A DNA stretch of 10,521 nucleotides from an uncultured Deinococcales bacterium (GTDB lineage: Bacteria > Deinococcota > Deinococci > Deinococcales > JAAFIG01), in NCBI GenBank assembly GCA_964244895.1, contig CAXTKV010000184.1:1-10521 (forward strand). Reading direction: 5' to 3'. The translations under genes and the position numbers were made by a program. The notes under the pieces are model-generated. The model was not told where the DNA came from. It made no database searches and worked only from the letters and a program-made list of their open reading frames with translations. Numbering within the stretch: position 1 is the stretch's first letter; the number at the start of each line of letters is the position of its first letter. Below, in pieces: positions 1 through 8,090 of this stretch.

Positions 1-61
1 TTGAATACCTCCTCGGTTGGATTCAAGTTAGGTTCGGGCTGGTAACGTCAAGGTAACGTCA
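1..61 (-). promoter_or_regulatory. Promoter and RBS of a divergent minus-strand gene that starts just outside the window, with tandem activator-type repeats
   Basis: Minus strand reads TGACGTTACC-T-TGACGTTACC (61-41), 10 nt, TAACTT (-10-like, 30-25), then GGAGG (12-8) followed by 7 nt to the window edge, where a start codon would be expected. Confidence 0.7.
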
Positions 62-76
62 CGCGGATTGGCGCAA

Positions 77-122
77 CACGCCGTCCACGACGCATTTAGC
101 GAGTGTCGTGCTGGACGGTGCT
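77..122. repeat. Palindromic element, copy 1 (16-bp arms, 14-nt spacer)
   Basis: CACGCCGTCCACGACG-N14-CGTGCTGGACGGTGCT; 12/16 and 15/16 matches to consensus AACACCGTCCAGCACG / CGTGCTGGACGGTGTT. Confidence 0.7.
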
Positions 123-158
123 TTCGCGTTTCGCGCGCCGATGCGCCGCCGGGATTGT

Positions 159-191
159 TGCTACAGTGAGCCTCAAAGATGTGCCCGGAGG
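159..191 (+). promoter_or_regulatory. Putative extended -10 promoter and RBS of the regulator gene
   Basis: TG-C-TACAGT at 159-167; GGAGG at 187-191, 6 nt before the in-frame GTG at 198. Confidence 0.55.
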
Positions 192-197
192 AACGCT

Positions 198-3100
198 GTG
201 GGGCTCGAGACAACCGCTTCGCTCACCAAACGCCTCGGCGCAGTCGTCTCGAAGCGCTCGGGGGTCGCGCTCGGATTGTGGGGAGAACCCGGCGTCGGTA
301 AGACCTTCACGGTTCAGCGCGTGCTGCGCGAAATTCCTTGCCGCAGCCTGACCTTGCACGCGTCCGCATCGAACCTGGCGCTGGTTCGCGCGCTGCCGAC
401 CCCGAAAGATCTGCCCGTCTGGGCGAAACGCCAGGTCGGGCTGCTCGAGCAGGGCAGGCACGTCGAAAGCGGAGCGCTCGCGGATGCGCTGGTGGCCTGG
501 TTGGCGGTGCTCTCGCCGTTCGTGCTGGCCATCGAGGATTTGCACGATGCGAGCCCGGAGCGCGCGGGGCTGTGGGCGCTGTTGGGCGCGGTGGTGTCGC
601 GCACCAGGGGTGTCGGCATGATCGTCACCAGCCGGGTTTCGCCGCCGGATGTCTTCGAGGCGCACCAGCTCGAGCCCCTGGCGGATCGGGCCGCCCGAGA
701 TTTGCTGGAATCCGAGGCGGGATCGTCGTTGCCGCCCGAAGCCGCGCTCTGGATCGAGGCGCACGCCCGAGGCAACCCACTGTTCACGTTGGAATACTTC
801 CGGCATCTGACGCGCCTGGGACACCTCTGGAGCGATGGTCGCCGCTGGCGTTGGCGCGCCCCGGAGGACGCGTCCGTGCCGTTGAGCGTCGAGGCGGTCA
901 TCGCGCATCACTTGGACGCGGTCAGCGCGGTTCCGGCGACCCACCGGGCGTTGATCGTCAAGGCGTTGTTGCCGCTGGAATCCGACGATGCGCTCTGGGC
1001 TGAAATTTCTGGGCTGGATTCTGATGCGCTGAAGCGGGCCAAGAACGGGCTCGAGCGGGCGGGCATCCTGCGCGCCGGAGCGTTCGCGCACCCGCTCTAC
1101 CGCGAGGCCACGCGGGCGGCCTCGACGCAACGTGAGCGCCGCGAGATCGCCCGTCGAGCAGTAGAGGTGCTGGCCGAACGCGATCCGATCGCGGCGGCGG
1201 GTTTCGCGGCGGACGCCGACCTGGGCCGCGTCCGGGCCAGAACCCTGTTTGAGCGGGCCCTCGAACGGGCGCGCAATCTCGGCGATGCGGGGCTGGCGGC
1301 GAGGTTCATGGTTCAGATCGCGGGTATTTCTGAACCCTCGAGCCGGGTTCAGACCATGCTCGAGGCCGCCCGGTTCGTGCGCGAGATCAATCTGACGGAT
1401 GCGCTGGGCATCGCGCAGGACGCGTTGGCGCTCGATGCTTCGCACCTCGAGTCGATCCTGCTGAACGCCGAACTGCTGGCCGGGCTGGGGCGCGGCGAGG
1501 AAGCCGAGCATCTGCTCGAGCCGTTTACGGATTCCGTCGAATCCCTCCAAGCCAACGCCGCCTCGCGCCTGCTCGAGACGCGCATCCGGGTCAAGCACCT
1601 GAGCCACGATTACGCCGGCGTGCTGGCGCTCTGGCAGGAATCGGCGCAGCATCCGGGCTCGCAGGTCGGCATGGCCGTGATCGCGCGGGCGCTGGTGCAA
1701 CTCTGGCGGCTCGAGGAGGCTGAAATCCTGATCGGTCGGACGCTCGAGAACCCGAACCTCTCCAGGCTGGAAGTGACCGAATTGCAGTACATCCGTTCGA
1801 TCATCCCGAATTATCGCGGCGATTACGCCAGCGCCGAGCTCGGGTTCAGCGCGTTTTTGCGCACTCTGGACGACTTCGAGGACGGCTCGCCGCGTTTCCG
1901 AGAGCTTCGCGCCGGAACCTTGCAACTCCGGGCGTACATGCGCAACGTCCTGGGGCGACCGCTGGAAGCCGTTCAGGACATCACGCAAGCCCTGGCCATC
2001 AGTGCCAGTTTCGGCAACGCCGGGTATTACGCCCACGTTCAGTCCGAACTCGGGTTGTACCTGCTGGAAAGCGGAGAGTACCTCCGCGCCGAGGACGCGA
2101 TCATCGAGGCTCGAGCCACGCTGGAACGGGTCGGCAACCCGATCTACCTGTCCGTGCTGGAACGCATCGCGGCGCGCTTGTACCTGGAATGGGCTCCGCC
2201 GCACGGTGCGGCGTTGAGCCTGAAGTACGCCCGCGCTGCGCTCGAGTACGTGGATCAGGCCGAACGGCCACCGTTTTACACCGCCGGGGCGCTTTTTATC
2301 GCGGCCTGGGCGGAAGCGTTGCACGGTCGGGCGGACATGGCGCTCGGGTTGGTGGATCAACTGGACGCGTCCGCCACCGCCCTCGGGCAGGTCGGGGTGA
2401 CGGCTGGGGCAGCCTGGGCGCGCGGTCTGGCGCTCGAACGGCTCGGAAAGCCCGAGGAGGCATGGCGTGCCATTCAGCAGTCGTTGGCCGAAAACATTCC
2501 GATGCGGCTCGGGCCTTCGCTCGACCGGATGGCGCTCGAGCTGGACCGGATTGGGCGAGACCTGACCAGCGCCACGGCTCGCGCCGAGGGCTTCCGCGCC
2601 AACGGAGCGCTCGGTGCGCTGCACGTCGCCCGGCGGTACTTTCCGCAGCTCGAACGGCGCTTGGACGCGCGCGCGCCCGCCGAGGCTAGCCCCCGGAGCC
2701 AGGAGGTGCGGCTCGAGGTGCTGGGTTCCACGCAGGTCACGGTCGGTGGCAAACCGCTCTCGGACCGCACCCGCAAGGGCAAGGAACTGATGGCGGCGCT
2801 CTGCGAGGCGCGCATCGCCGGGCGCGCGCAGGTCGCAGATCTCGAGCTGTTCGACGCGCTCTACGCCGGCCTGACCGAGGACAAGGCCGCCAGCGCCCTC
2901 AAGCAACTCGTGTACCGCCTGAGGGCCGCGCTCGGATCGAACGCGATCCTGCGATCCAACGACGGTTACGCGCTCGGTGCCGTAGAGACGGACGCCGAGC
3001 GGTTCCTCGAGACGGGCGACACGCAGCTGTGGCGCGGGCCGTACCTGCTCGATCTGGGCGCGTGGGTCTCGAACGCCCGCGATGCGCTCCATTACGGGCT

Positions 3101-3326
3101 GCGCAAGCGCGCCTTGGAACTTCTGGCCATCGACCCCGCCGAGACCGCGCGGCTGGGACGAATCCTGCTGACCGCCGATCCCTTCGATCTCGAAGCCCTC
3201 GAGATGAGCTTCGAGGCGCTGCGCGAAATCGGCGATCTGGTCGCCCTGACGCGCCTACGCGCCTGGGCTCGCGCCCAATTTGAAGATCTCGGCGGGGTCC
3301 TACCCCCAACCCTCGAAGTGCGATAA
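198..3326 (+). CDS. STAND/AAA-family ATPase transcriptional regulator with helical TPR-like middle and C-terminal winged-helix/BTAD(SARP)-like region (~1042 aa)
   Basis: Walker A GEPGVGKT, Walker B LAIEDLH, GNPLF motif typical of MalT/LAL-type STAND ATPases, Ala/Leu-rich helical repeats, and C-terminal RLEVLG...LKQLVYRLRAALG...GYAL...LWRGPYL resembling SARP DNA-binding/BTAD domains. Start moved from 108 to GTG 198 because of the GGAGG RBS. Confidence 0.85.
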   Translation: MGLETTASLTKRLGAVVSKRSGVALGLWGEPGVGKTFTVQRVLREIPCRSLTLHASASNLALVRALPTPKDLPVWAKRQVGLLEQGRHVESGALADALVAWLAVLSPFVLAIEDLHDASPERAGLWALLGAVVSRTRGVGMIVTSRVSPPDVFEAHQLEPLADRAARDLLESEAGSSLPPEAALWIEAHARGNPLFTLEYFRHLTRLGHLWSDGRRWRWRAPEDASVPLSVEAVIAHHLDAVSAVPATHRALIVKALLPLESDDALWAEISGLDSDALKRAKNGLERAGILRAGAFAHPLYREATRAASTQRERREIARRAVEVLAERDPIAAAGFAADADLGRVRARTLFERALERARNLGDAGLAARFMVQIAGISEPSSRVQTMLEAARFVREINLTDALGIAQDALALDASHLESILLNAELLAGLGRGEEAEHLLEPFTDSVESLQANAASRLLETRIRVKHLSHDYAGVLALWQESAQHPGSQVGMAVIARALVQLWRLEEAEILIGRTLENPNLSRLEVTELQYIRSIIPNYRGDYASAELGFSAFLRTLDDFEDGSPRFRELRAGTLQLRAYMRNVLGRPLEAVQDITQALAISASFGNAGYYAHVQSELGLYLLESGEYLRAEDAIIEARATLERVGNPIYLSVLERIAARLYLEWAPPHGAALSLKYARAALEYVDQAERPPFYTAGALFIAAWAEALHGRADMALGLVDQLDASATALGQVGVTAGAAWARGLALERLGKPEEAWRAIQQSLAENIPMRLGPSLDRMALELDRIGRDLTSATARAEGFRANGALGALHVARRYFPQLERRLDARAPAEASPRSQEVRLEVLGSTQVTVGGKPLSDRTRKGKELMAALCEARIAGRAQVADLELFDALYAGLTEDKAASALKQLVYRLRAALGSNAILRSNDGYALGAVETDAERFLETGDTQLWRGPYLLDLGAWVSNARDALHYGLRKRALELLAIDPAETARLGRILLTADPFDLEALEMSFEALREIGDLVALTRLRAWARAQFEDLGGVLPPTLEVR

Positions 3327-3371
3327 AAACCGTCCTGGACGCAAATCGGGCGCGGCGTGCTGGACACTGTC
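3326..3371. repeat. Palindromic element, copy 2, abutting the regulator stop codon
   Basis: AAAACCGTCCTGGACG-N14-CGTGCTGGACACTGTC; 13/16 per arm; 3330-3365 matches 81-116 at 27/36 positions without gaps. Confidence 0.65.
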
Positions 3372-3387
3372 AAGGCGCGTTACGGAT

Positions 3388-3501
3388 TCAATCTCGTACC
3401 CGATCGCTGGAGCGCACTTTTTCCTTTGTCCCCGGCGCACGGCCAGAGACGAGCAAGCCCAGCGCGAGCAACAGCACGAACAGCATTTCTGGTGTGAACA
3501 C
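3388..3501 (-). CDS. Small hydrophobic protein, 37 aa (MFTPEMLFVLLLALGLLVSGRAPGTKEKVRSSDRVRD); not in the ORF track
   Basis: Strong SD AAAGGAGGTG (3516-3507), with GGAGG 7 nt before GTG 3501; N-terminal hydrophobic stretch and charged tail; stop TGA at 3390-3388. Confidence 0.7.
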   Translation of the reverse strand: MFTPEMLFVLLLALGLLVSGRAPGTKEKVRSSDRVRD

Positions 3502-3548
3502 GTCTGCACCTCCTTTCAAACGGTTCCTGGTCGTCTCTGAGCGGTTCG

Positions 3549-3710
3549 GCGCGTTCGCATCGGGATCGGATGCGTTTTGCGCTTCGGGTCGCGCGCCCGA
3601 GGATCGGGTCTGCTCGGGTACGCTTTCACGCTACGCGCCGAGGGTTGAACCGGCCCTGAATATCGGATGAAGGCACGTTCAGGCGTCGGCTCGCTCCGCT
3701 TCTCGACCCG
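3549..3710 (-). other. Putative structured 5' leader of the small-protein mRNA
   Basis: Several nested stems: 3647-3652/3687-3692 enclosing 3655-3660/3678-3683; 3613-3617/3638-3642 capped by a GAAA tetraloop; 3584-3588/3596-3600; 3556-3561/3569-3574. No recognised riboswitch family. Confidence 0.4.
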
Positions 3711-3713
3711 TTC

Positions 3714-3747
3714 AGTCTCGTTGTGCGCCGGTAACGCGCCGGTCACG
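3714..3747 (-). promoter_or_regulatory. Promoter with tandem repeats matching those at 41-58
   Basis: Minus strand: CGTGACC-N4-CGTTACC (3747-3730), 10 nt, GAGACT (3719-3714), GAA; spacing identical to the site at 58-25. Confidence 0.6.
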
Positions 3748-3753
3748 CGCCCT

Positions 3754-3788
3754 AAAAAAGGCTCGAGCCTCAGGGAAACCTGAGGCTC
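3754..3788 (-). terminator. Intrinsic terminator of gntK-gnd
   Basis: Perfect 10-bp stem GAGCCTCAGG/CCTGAGGCTC (3765-3788) with 4-nt loop, followed on the minus strand by a T6 tract (3759-3754). Confidence 0.8.
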
Positions 3789-3813
3789 AGTCGCGGGTTT
3801 GGATTCGAGGGGT

Positions 3814-5265
3814 TTAAGCGTTGTACGTGCTGGACGCGGTCGTGCCGCCGCGACCCGTCCAGTTGGTGTGAAAGAACTCGCCCCTGGGCTTGTCGGTGCG
3901 CTCGTAAGTGTGCGCCCCGAAGTAGTCGCGTTGCGCCTGCAACAGATTGATCGGCAAGCGCGCCGTGCGGTAGCCGTCGTAGTAGGCGATGGCGCTCGAG
4001 AACGCGGGCGTCCAGGTGCCGCGCGTGATTGCGTCCGCCACGACGCGCCTCCATCCCGCCTGATGCGTCTGGATTGTCTGGGCGAAGTACGCGTCCAACA
4101 GCAGATTCTCGAGCTTCGGATTCGCGTCGTAGGCGGCCTTGATGTTTTCCAGGAAGCGCGCCCGGATGATGCAGCCGCCGCGCCACATCAGCGCGATGGA
4201 ACCAAAGTTCAGATCCCAGCCGCGCTCGCGCGCCACGAACTGCATCAACTGGAAGCCCTGCGCGTAGGAACAGATCTTGCTGGCGTAGAGCGCCTGCCGA
4301 ACGTCCTCGATGAAGCTCGCGCGGTCGAGCGTGAACTCGAGTCCCGGCCCTTTCAGGACGGTTTCGGCGCGAACGCGCTCTTCTTTGAGGGCGCTCAAGC
4401 AGCGCGCGAAAACCGCTTCGGCGATCGTGCTGGACGGGCTGCCGACCTCCAGGGCGGTGCTGGATGTCCACTTGCCCGTGCCCTTTTGCCCGGCGGTGTC
4501 CAGGATCACGTCCACCAGGTCGGCGCCGGTTTGATCGTCTTTTTTGGTCAGGATTTCGCTGGTGATTTCCACCAGGTAGCTCTCGAGTTCGCCCTCGTTC
4601 CAGTCGGTGAAGACCTGGCTGATTTCAGCGTTCGATAATCCCGCGCCGCGCAGCAGCCCGTAGGCTTCGGCGATCATCTGCATGTCGCCGTACTCGATGC
4701 CGTTGTGCACCATCTTGACGAAATGGCCCGCACCGTCCGGCCCGACCCAATCGCAGCACGGGCTGCCGTCGTCGACTTTGGCGGCAATTCCTTGGAAGAT
4801 CGGTTTGACGTGCTCCCACGCGCCAGCGCTGCCTCCAGGCATGATCGATGGGCCGGTCAGCGCGCCCTCCTCGCCGCCGGAGACGCCCGTGCCGACGAAC
4901 AGCAAGCCCTTGGCCTCGAGCGCTTTGGTGCGCCGGACGCTGTCCTCGAAGAAGCTGTTGCCGCCATCGATCACGATATCGCCCGGTTCCAGCAGGGGCT
5001 CGAGTTGCGCGATCGTGTCATCGACGGCCTTGCCCGCCTTGATCATCAGCATGACCTTGCGCGGGCGTTTCAGGCGACCGACGAATTCTTTCAGGTCGTG
5101 CGCCCCGATGATCGTCTTGTTCGCGCCGCGACCCTCGGTGAAGGCGGTGACCTTGTCGACCGTGCGGTTAAAAGCGGCGACCGTGAAGCCCTTGGAGGCC
5201 ATGTTGAGGATCAAATTCTCGCCCATCACCGCGAGGCCGATAACGCCGATGTCTGCCTGGTTCAT
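3814..5265 (-). CDS. gnd: 6-phosphogluconate dehydrogenase, decarboxylating (NADP-dependent, long form)
   Basis: [60 protein letters not shown] upstream. Confidence 0.97.
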   Translation of the reverse strand: MNQADIGVIGLAVMGENLILNMASKGFTVAAFNRTVDKVTAFTEGRGANKTIIGAHDLKEFVGRLKRPRKVMLMIKAGKAVDDTIAQLEPLLEPGDIVIDGGNSFFEDSVRRTKALEAKGLLFVGTGVSGGEEGALTGPSIMPGGSAGAWEHVKPIFQGIAAKVDDGSPCCDWVGPDGAGHFVKMVHNGIEYGDMQMIAEAYGLLRGAGLSNAEISQVFTDWNEGELESYLVEITSEILTKKDDQTGADLVDVILDTAGQKGTGKWTSSTALEVGSPSSTIAEAVFARCLSALKEERVRAETVLKGPGLEFTLDRASFIEDVRQALYASKICSYAQGFQLMQFVARERGWDLNFGSIALMWRGGCIIRARFLENIKAAYDANPKLENLLLDAYFAQTIQTHQAGWRRVVADAITRGTWTPAFSSAIAYYDGYRTARLPINLLQAQRDYFGAHTYERTDKPRGEFFHTNWTGRGGTTASSTYNA

Positions 5266-5308
5266 GTGCTTTCTCCTGTCGTGTGTCTGGCTTCAACTGG
5301 ATTTCCTT

Positions 5309-6793
5309 TCACAGCGTATCTCGAGGAAGGTGAGGTGTCGGAAAGCCTGGGTGCAATTGCGCGAAGAGCCCGTGGAATCGGGCGTGGGCTTCCCTGAGCG
5401 CCGCGAAATGGCGCGGTTCGGGTTCGATCACCGCGCCGCGCGCGGGCGGGATCGCGCACGCCTCGAGCGATTGGTCCGTCAGGTTCGCCCTGGCGATGGT
5501 GGCCGCGCCGATGGCGGACGCGTCCGCTGCATCCACCGGCTCGAGCGGCGATTCGAGGACATCTGAGAGGGTCTGCATCCAGCTCCTGGATCGCGTGATG
5601 CCGCCCGTGAGCTTGATCGCCCCGGTGCCGGTGATCGTTCGGATGTCCGCCAGGCAGAACGCGATGCTCTCGAGCGCCGCGCGCGCGATGTCGGCGCGCG
5701 TATGGCGCAAGCGCGCGCCGTGCAAGGTGAATTCCAGGCTGGCGTCCCAGTGGGGGCTGCGCTCGCCGGTCAGGTACGGCAGTACCGTCAGACCGTCAGC
5801 GCCGGGTGAGACGCCGGCGGCTTCGGTCAGCAGGGCCTCGAAGCCCGCCGCGCGGTCGAATTCGCGGTAGGCCGTATCCCGCAACCACTCGAGCAGCAAC
5901 CCGGCGTTGTTGATCGCGCCTCCCGCCAGCAGGTGACGCCTGGAGAGTCGGTAGCACCAGGTTCGCGCGAGCGGATCGAGCAGGGGTTCCGCCACGGCGC
6001 GGCGCAGCGCCGCGCTCGTGCCGACCGTGATCACGCTCGCGCCGGGTTTGATCACGCCCGCGCCCAGGTTGGCGAGCGCACCGTCGCTGCCGCCCGCCGC
6101 GACCCGCAATCCCTGCGGTAAGCCCGTCTCCTCGGCGGCCCGCTCGGTGATTTCGCCGTGCGTCTCGAGCGAGTCGATCACCTCGCACAGACGCGATTCA
6201 TCAATGCCCACCAGCTCGAGCAGTTCCGCATCCCAGTCCTGCGCCTCCAGGTTCCGCAATCCCGTGGTCGAGGCCAGGCTCGCGTCCGTCGCCCAGCGCC
6301 CCGTCAGCCGGAACGCCACGTAATCCTTGATCGCCACGAACCGTTTTGCAGCCCGGAAGACTTCCGGGCGATGTATCCGCAACCAAGCGATTTTTGCAGG
6401 GTGAAAGGGCGTCTGCAACGGGCAACCCGTGCGCCTGTAGGCGTTGATCGGATCGAAATGGGCGTGCAAGTCCCGAAGCTCCGATCCGGGTCGCACGTCC
6501 GCCCAGGTCATCGCCGGGGCGAGCGGGTTTCCGGCGGCATCCACGGCCAGCAGGCTGTGCATCGCGCCGCTCAGGGCGAGTGCGCAGGTCGGTATCTCGA
6601 GCTTCGCGCTCAATTCCTGGAGCGCACCGCGCGCGGCCTCGTACACGGCGCGTGCGTCCTGCTCCGCCTGTCCCTGCTCGAGCCTCACGAGTGGGTAATT
6701 TCCTTTGGCCGTCTGGATCACCCGACCGTCTTCACCCACCGCGACGGCTTTGCAGCCGGTCGTGCCCAGATCGAGTCCGATGGTGACGCTCAT
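5309..6793 (-). CDS. gntK: FGGY-family carbohydrate kinase, probable gluconokinase (Bacillus GntK type)
   Basis: IGLDLGTTGCK, AMHSL, TWAD, GGSDGALANLG, TVGTS, RTWCY, LPYLTGERSPHW; lies 43 nt upstream of gnd. Confidence 0.85.
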   Translation of the reverse strand: MSVTIGLDLGTTGCKAVAVGEDGRVIQTAKGNYPLVRLEQGQAEQDARAVYEAARGALQELSAKLEIPTCALALSGAMHSLLAVDAAGNPLAPAMTWADVRPGSELRDLHAHFDPINAYRRTGCPLQTPFHPAKIAWLRIHRPEVFRAAKRFVAIKDYVAFRLTGRWATDASLASTTGLRNLEAQDWDAELLELVGIDESRLCEVIDSLETHGEITERAAEETGLPQGLRVAAGGSDGALANLGAGVIKPGASVITVGTSAALRRAVAEPLLDPLARTWCYRLSRRHLLAGGAINNAGLLLEWLRDTAYREFDRAAGFEALLTEAAGVSPGADGLTVLPYLTGERSPHWDASLEFTLHGARLRHTRADIARAALESIAFCLADIRTITGTGAIKLTGGITRSRSWMQTLSDVLESPLEPVDAADASAIGAATIARANLTDQSLEACAIPPARGAVIEPEPRHFAALREAHARFHGLFAQLHPGFPTPHLPRDTL

Positions 6794-6844
6794 GTGGTGT
6801 TCCTCGGGGTGATCAACCTGGGGTTTGCGGGCGCTCGATCCGGG

Positions 6845-6900
6845 AACACCGTCCAGAACAGTGTTCTCTCGAGACTAAAAATTGCGTGCTGAACGGTGTT
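6845..6900. repeat. Palindromic element, copy 3 (24-nt spacer)
   Basis: AACACCGTCCAGAACA-N24-CGTGCTGAACGGTGTT; 14/16 and 15/16 to consensus. Confidence 0.75.
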
Positions 6901-7071
6901 TCTGAGCGCGGTCAGTTCGGTGTGCGGCTCGGCGCGAACTCGAACTGGCTCGGGATTCAAAGCCCAGAATACGGCTTTCCGGGCTCGAGTCGAAGAATCG
7001 TTGAGGTCCGGCATCCTGGTGCGCCCCGGTTTCGTCTCAGGCGGACACGCAAACCTGGCCCAGGTCAGGAA

Positions 7072-7128
7072 AGGATCGTCCAGAACACGTCATTTGCGAA
7101 TCGAGAAAACCTCGTCTCGGATGATGCT
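7072..7128. repeat. Palindromic element, degenerate copy 4 (25-nt spacer)
   Basis: AGGATCGTCCAGAACA-N25-CGTCTCGGATGATGCT; 11/16 and 10/16 to consensus; shares CGTCCAGAACA exactly with copy 3. Confidence 0.45.
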
Positions 7129-7177
7129 CGCGTCGTTCCCGAGCCTGAGATTCCGTTCACGACATAGGATAAACGCC

Positions 7178-8080
7178 ATGGACGGATTCGAGGTTTTCGA
7201 TGGGCGTTTCCGCACGATCCTGCGGCCCGATTCCAGGCTCGAGCGACTCGCCACGGGCGCGACCTGGAGCGAGGGGCCAGCCTACCTGGACGACAGCAGC
7301 ATCGTCTGGAGCGACATTCCCGGCAACCGACTGATGCGCCATTCGCCGCAACACGGTACGAGCGTCTACATGCAGCCATCGCACTTTCAGAACGGCCACA
7401 CCAGGGATCTCGAGGGTCGTCTGATCGGGTGTTCCCACGGTCAGCGCGCGGTCGTCAGGCTCGAGTCGAACGGCGCGTGGGCGGTGCTGATCGATCAATT
7501 TGAGGGCAAGAAGCTCAACTCCCCGAACGATGTCATCGTCAAATCCGACGGCACGATCTGGTTCACCGACCCGCCCTACGGGTTGATTCAGCCCCACGAG
7601 GGCTATGGCGGGACGCAGGAGCAACCCGGCTGCTTCGTGTACCGCTTCGATCCGGTCAGCCACCAGATCACCGCCGTCGTGACGGACATGGACAAACCCA
7701 ACGGCCTGGCGTTCTCCGTGGACGAGCGGACGCTTTACGTGTCCGACACCGCCGCATCTCACGACCCGAACGGACACCACCACATCCGCGCTTACGACGT
7801 TCAGGACGGCCAACGCACCGCCAACGGGCGCGTCTTCGCCGTGATCGAACCCGGATTGCCTGATGGGTTCCGCGTGGATCACCAGGGTTGGATCTTCACC
7901 AGTTCCCTCGACAGCGTGCAGGTCTACGCGCCCGACGGCGCGCGCCTGGGCAAGATTCTCGTGCCGGAAAAAGTCGGGAACCTGAGCTTCGGCGGCCCCA
8001 ACCGCGATCGCTTGTTCATCGCGGCCAGCACTAGCCTGTATGCAATTGACCTCGCCACGCGCGGCGCAACGAACCGATGA
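7178..8080 (+). CDS. SMP-30/gluconolactonase/LRE-family beta-propeller lactonase (300 aa, no signal peptide)
   Basis: WSEGP, WSDIP, LNSPND, IWFTDPPYG, PNGLAFS, PDGFRVD motifs. Start at ATG 7178 (MDGFEVFD); the upstream extension in the ORF track runs through repeat-containing intergenic DNA. Confidence 0.92.
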   Translation: MDGFEVFDGRFRTILRPDSRLERLATGATWSEGPAYLDDSSIVWSDIPGNRLMRHSPQHGTSVYMQPSHFQNGHTRDLEGRLIGCSHGQRAVVRLESNGAWAVLIDQFEGKKLNSPNDVIVKSDGTIWFTDPPYGLIQPHEGYGGTQEQPGCFVYRFDPVSHQITAVVTDMDKPNGLAFSVDERTLYVSDTAASHDPNGHHHIRAYDVQDGQRTANGRVFAVIEPGLPDGFRVDHQGWIFTSSLDSVQVYAPDGARLGKILVPEKVGNLSFGGPNRDRLFIAASTSLYAIDLATRGATNR

Positions 8081-8090
8081 ACGGAGCGAC

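Noticed and set aside
1..26. TTGAAT/ATTCAA inverted repeat around the off-window gene's RBS
   Set aside because: Only 6 bp, and one arm lies upstream of the predicted TSS, so it is unlikely to form in RNA.
108..197. N-terminal extension of the regulator from GTG 108
   Set aside because: The start lies inside palindromic element copy 1, has no RBS and spans the putative promoter; GTG 198 has GGAGG.
96..3092. 998-aa minus-strand ORF
   Set aside because: Antisense shadow of the regulator in high-GC DNA; Arg/Gln-rich with no motifs.
3300..3509. Cys-rich 69-aa ORF (metallothionein/RiPP-like appearance)
   Set aside because: Its GTG is part of the SD itself, and the cysteines arise from reading the Leu/Val codons of the 37-aa ORF out of frame; it also overlaps the regulator's 3' end.
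3516..3746. 76-aa minus-strand ORF in the leader region
   Set aside because: Starts inside the promoter repeats, no RBS, Arg/Pro-rich noncoding-like composition.
3826..4435. CGTGCTGGAC matches to the palindromic element arm inside gnd (3826, 4426)
   Set aside because: Both encode Ser-Ser-Thr on the coding strand and have no partner arm.
6896..7177. 94-aa N-terminal extension of the lactonase
   Set aside because: Crosses repeat elements; family similarity begins after ATG 7178.
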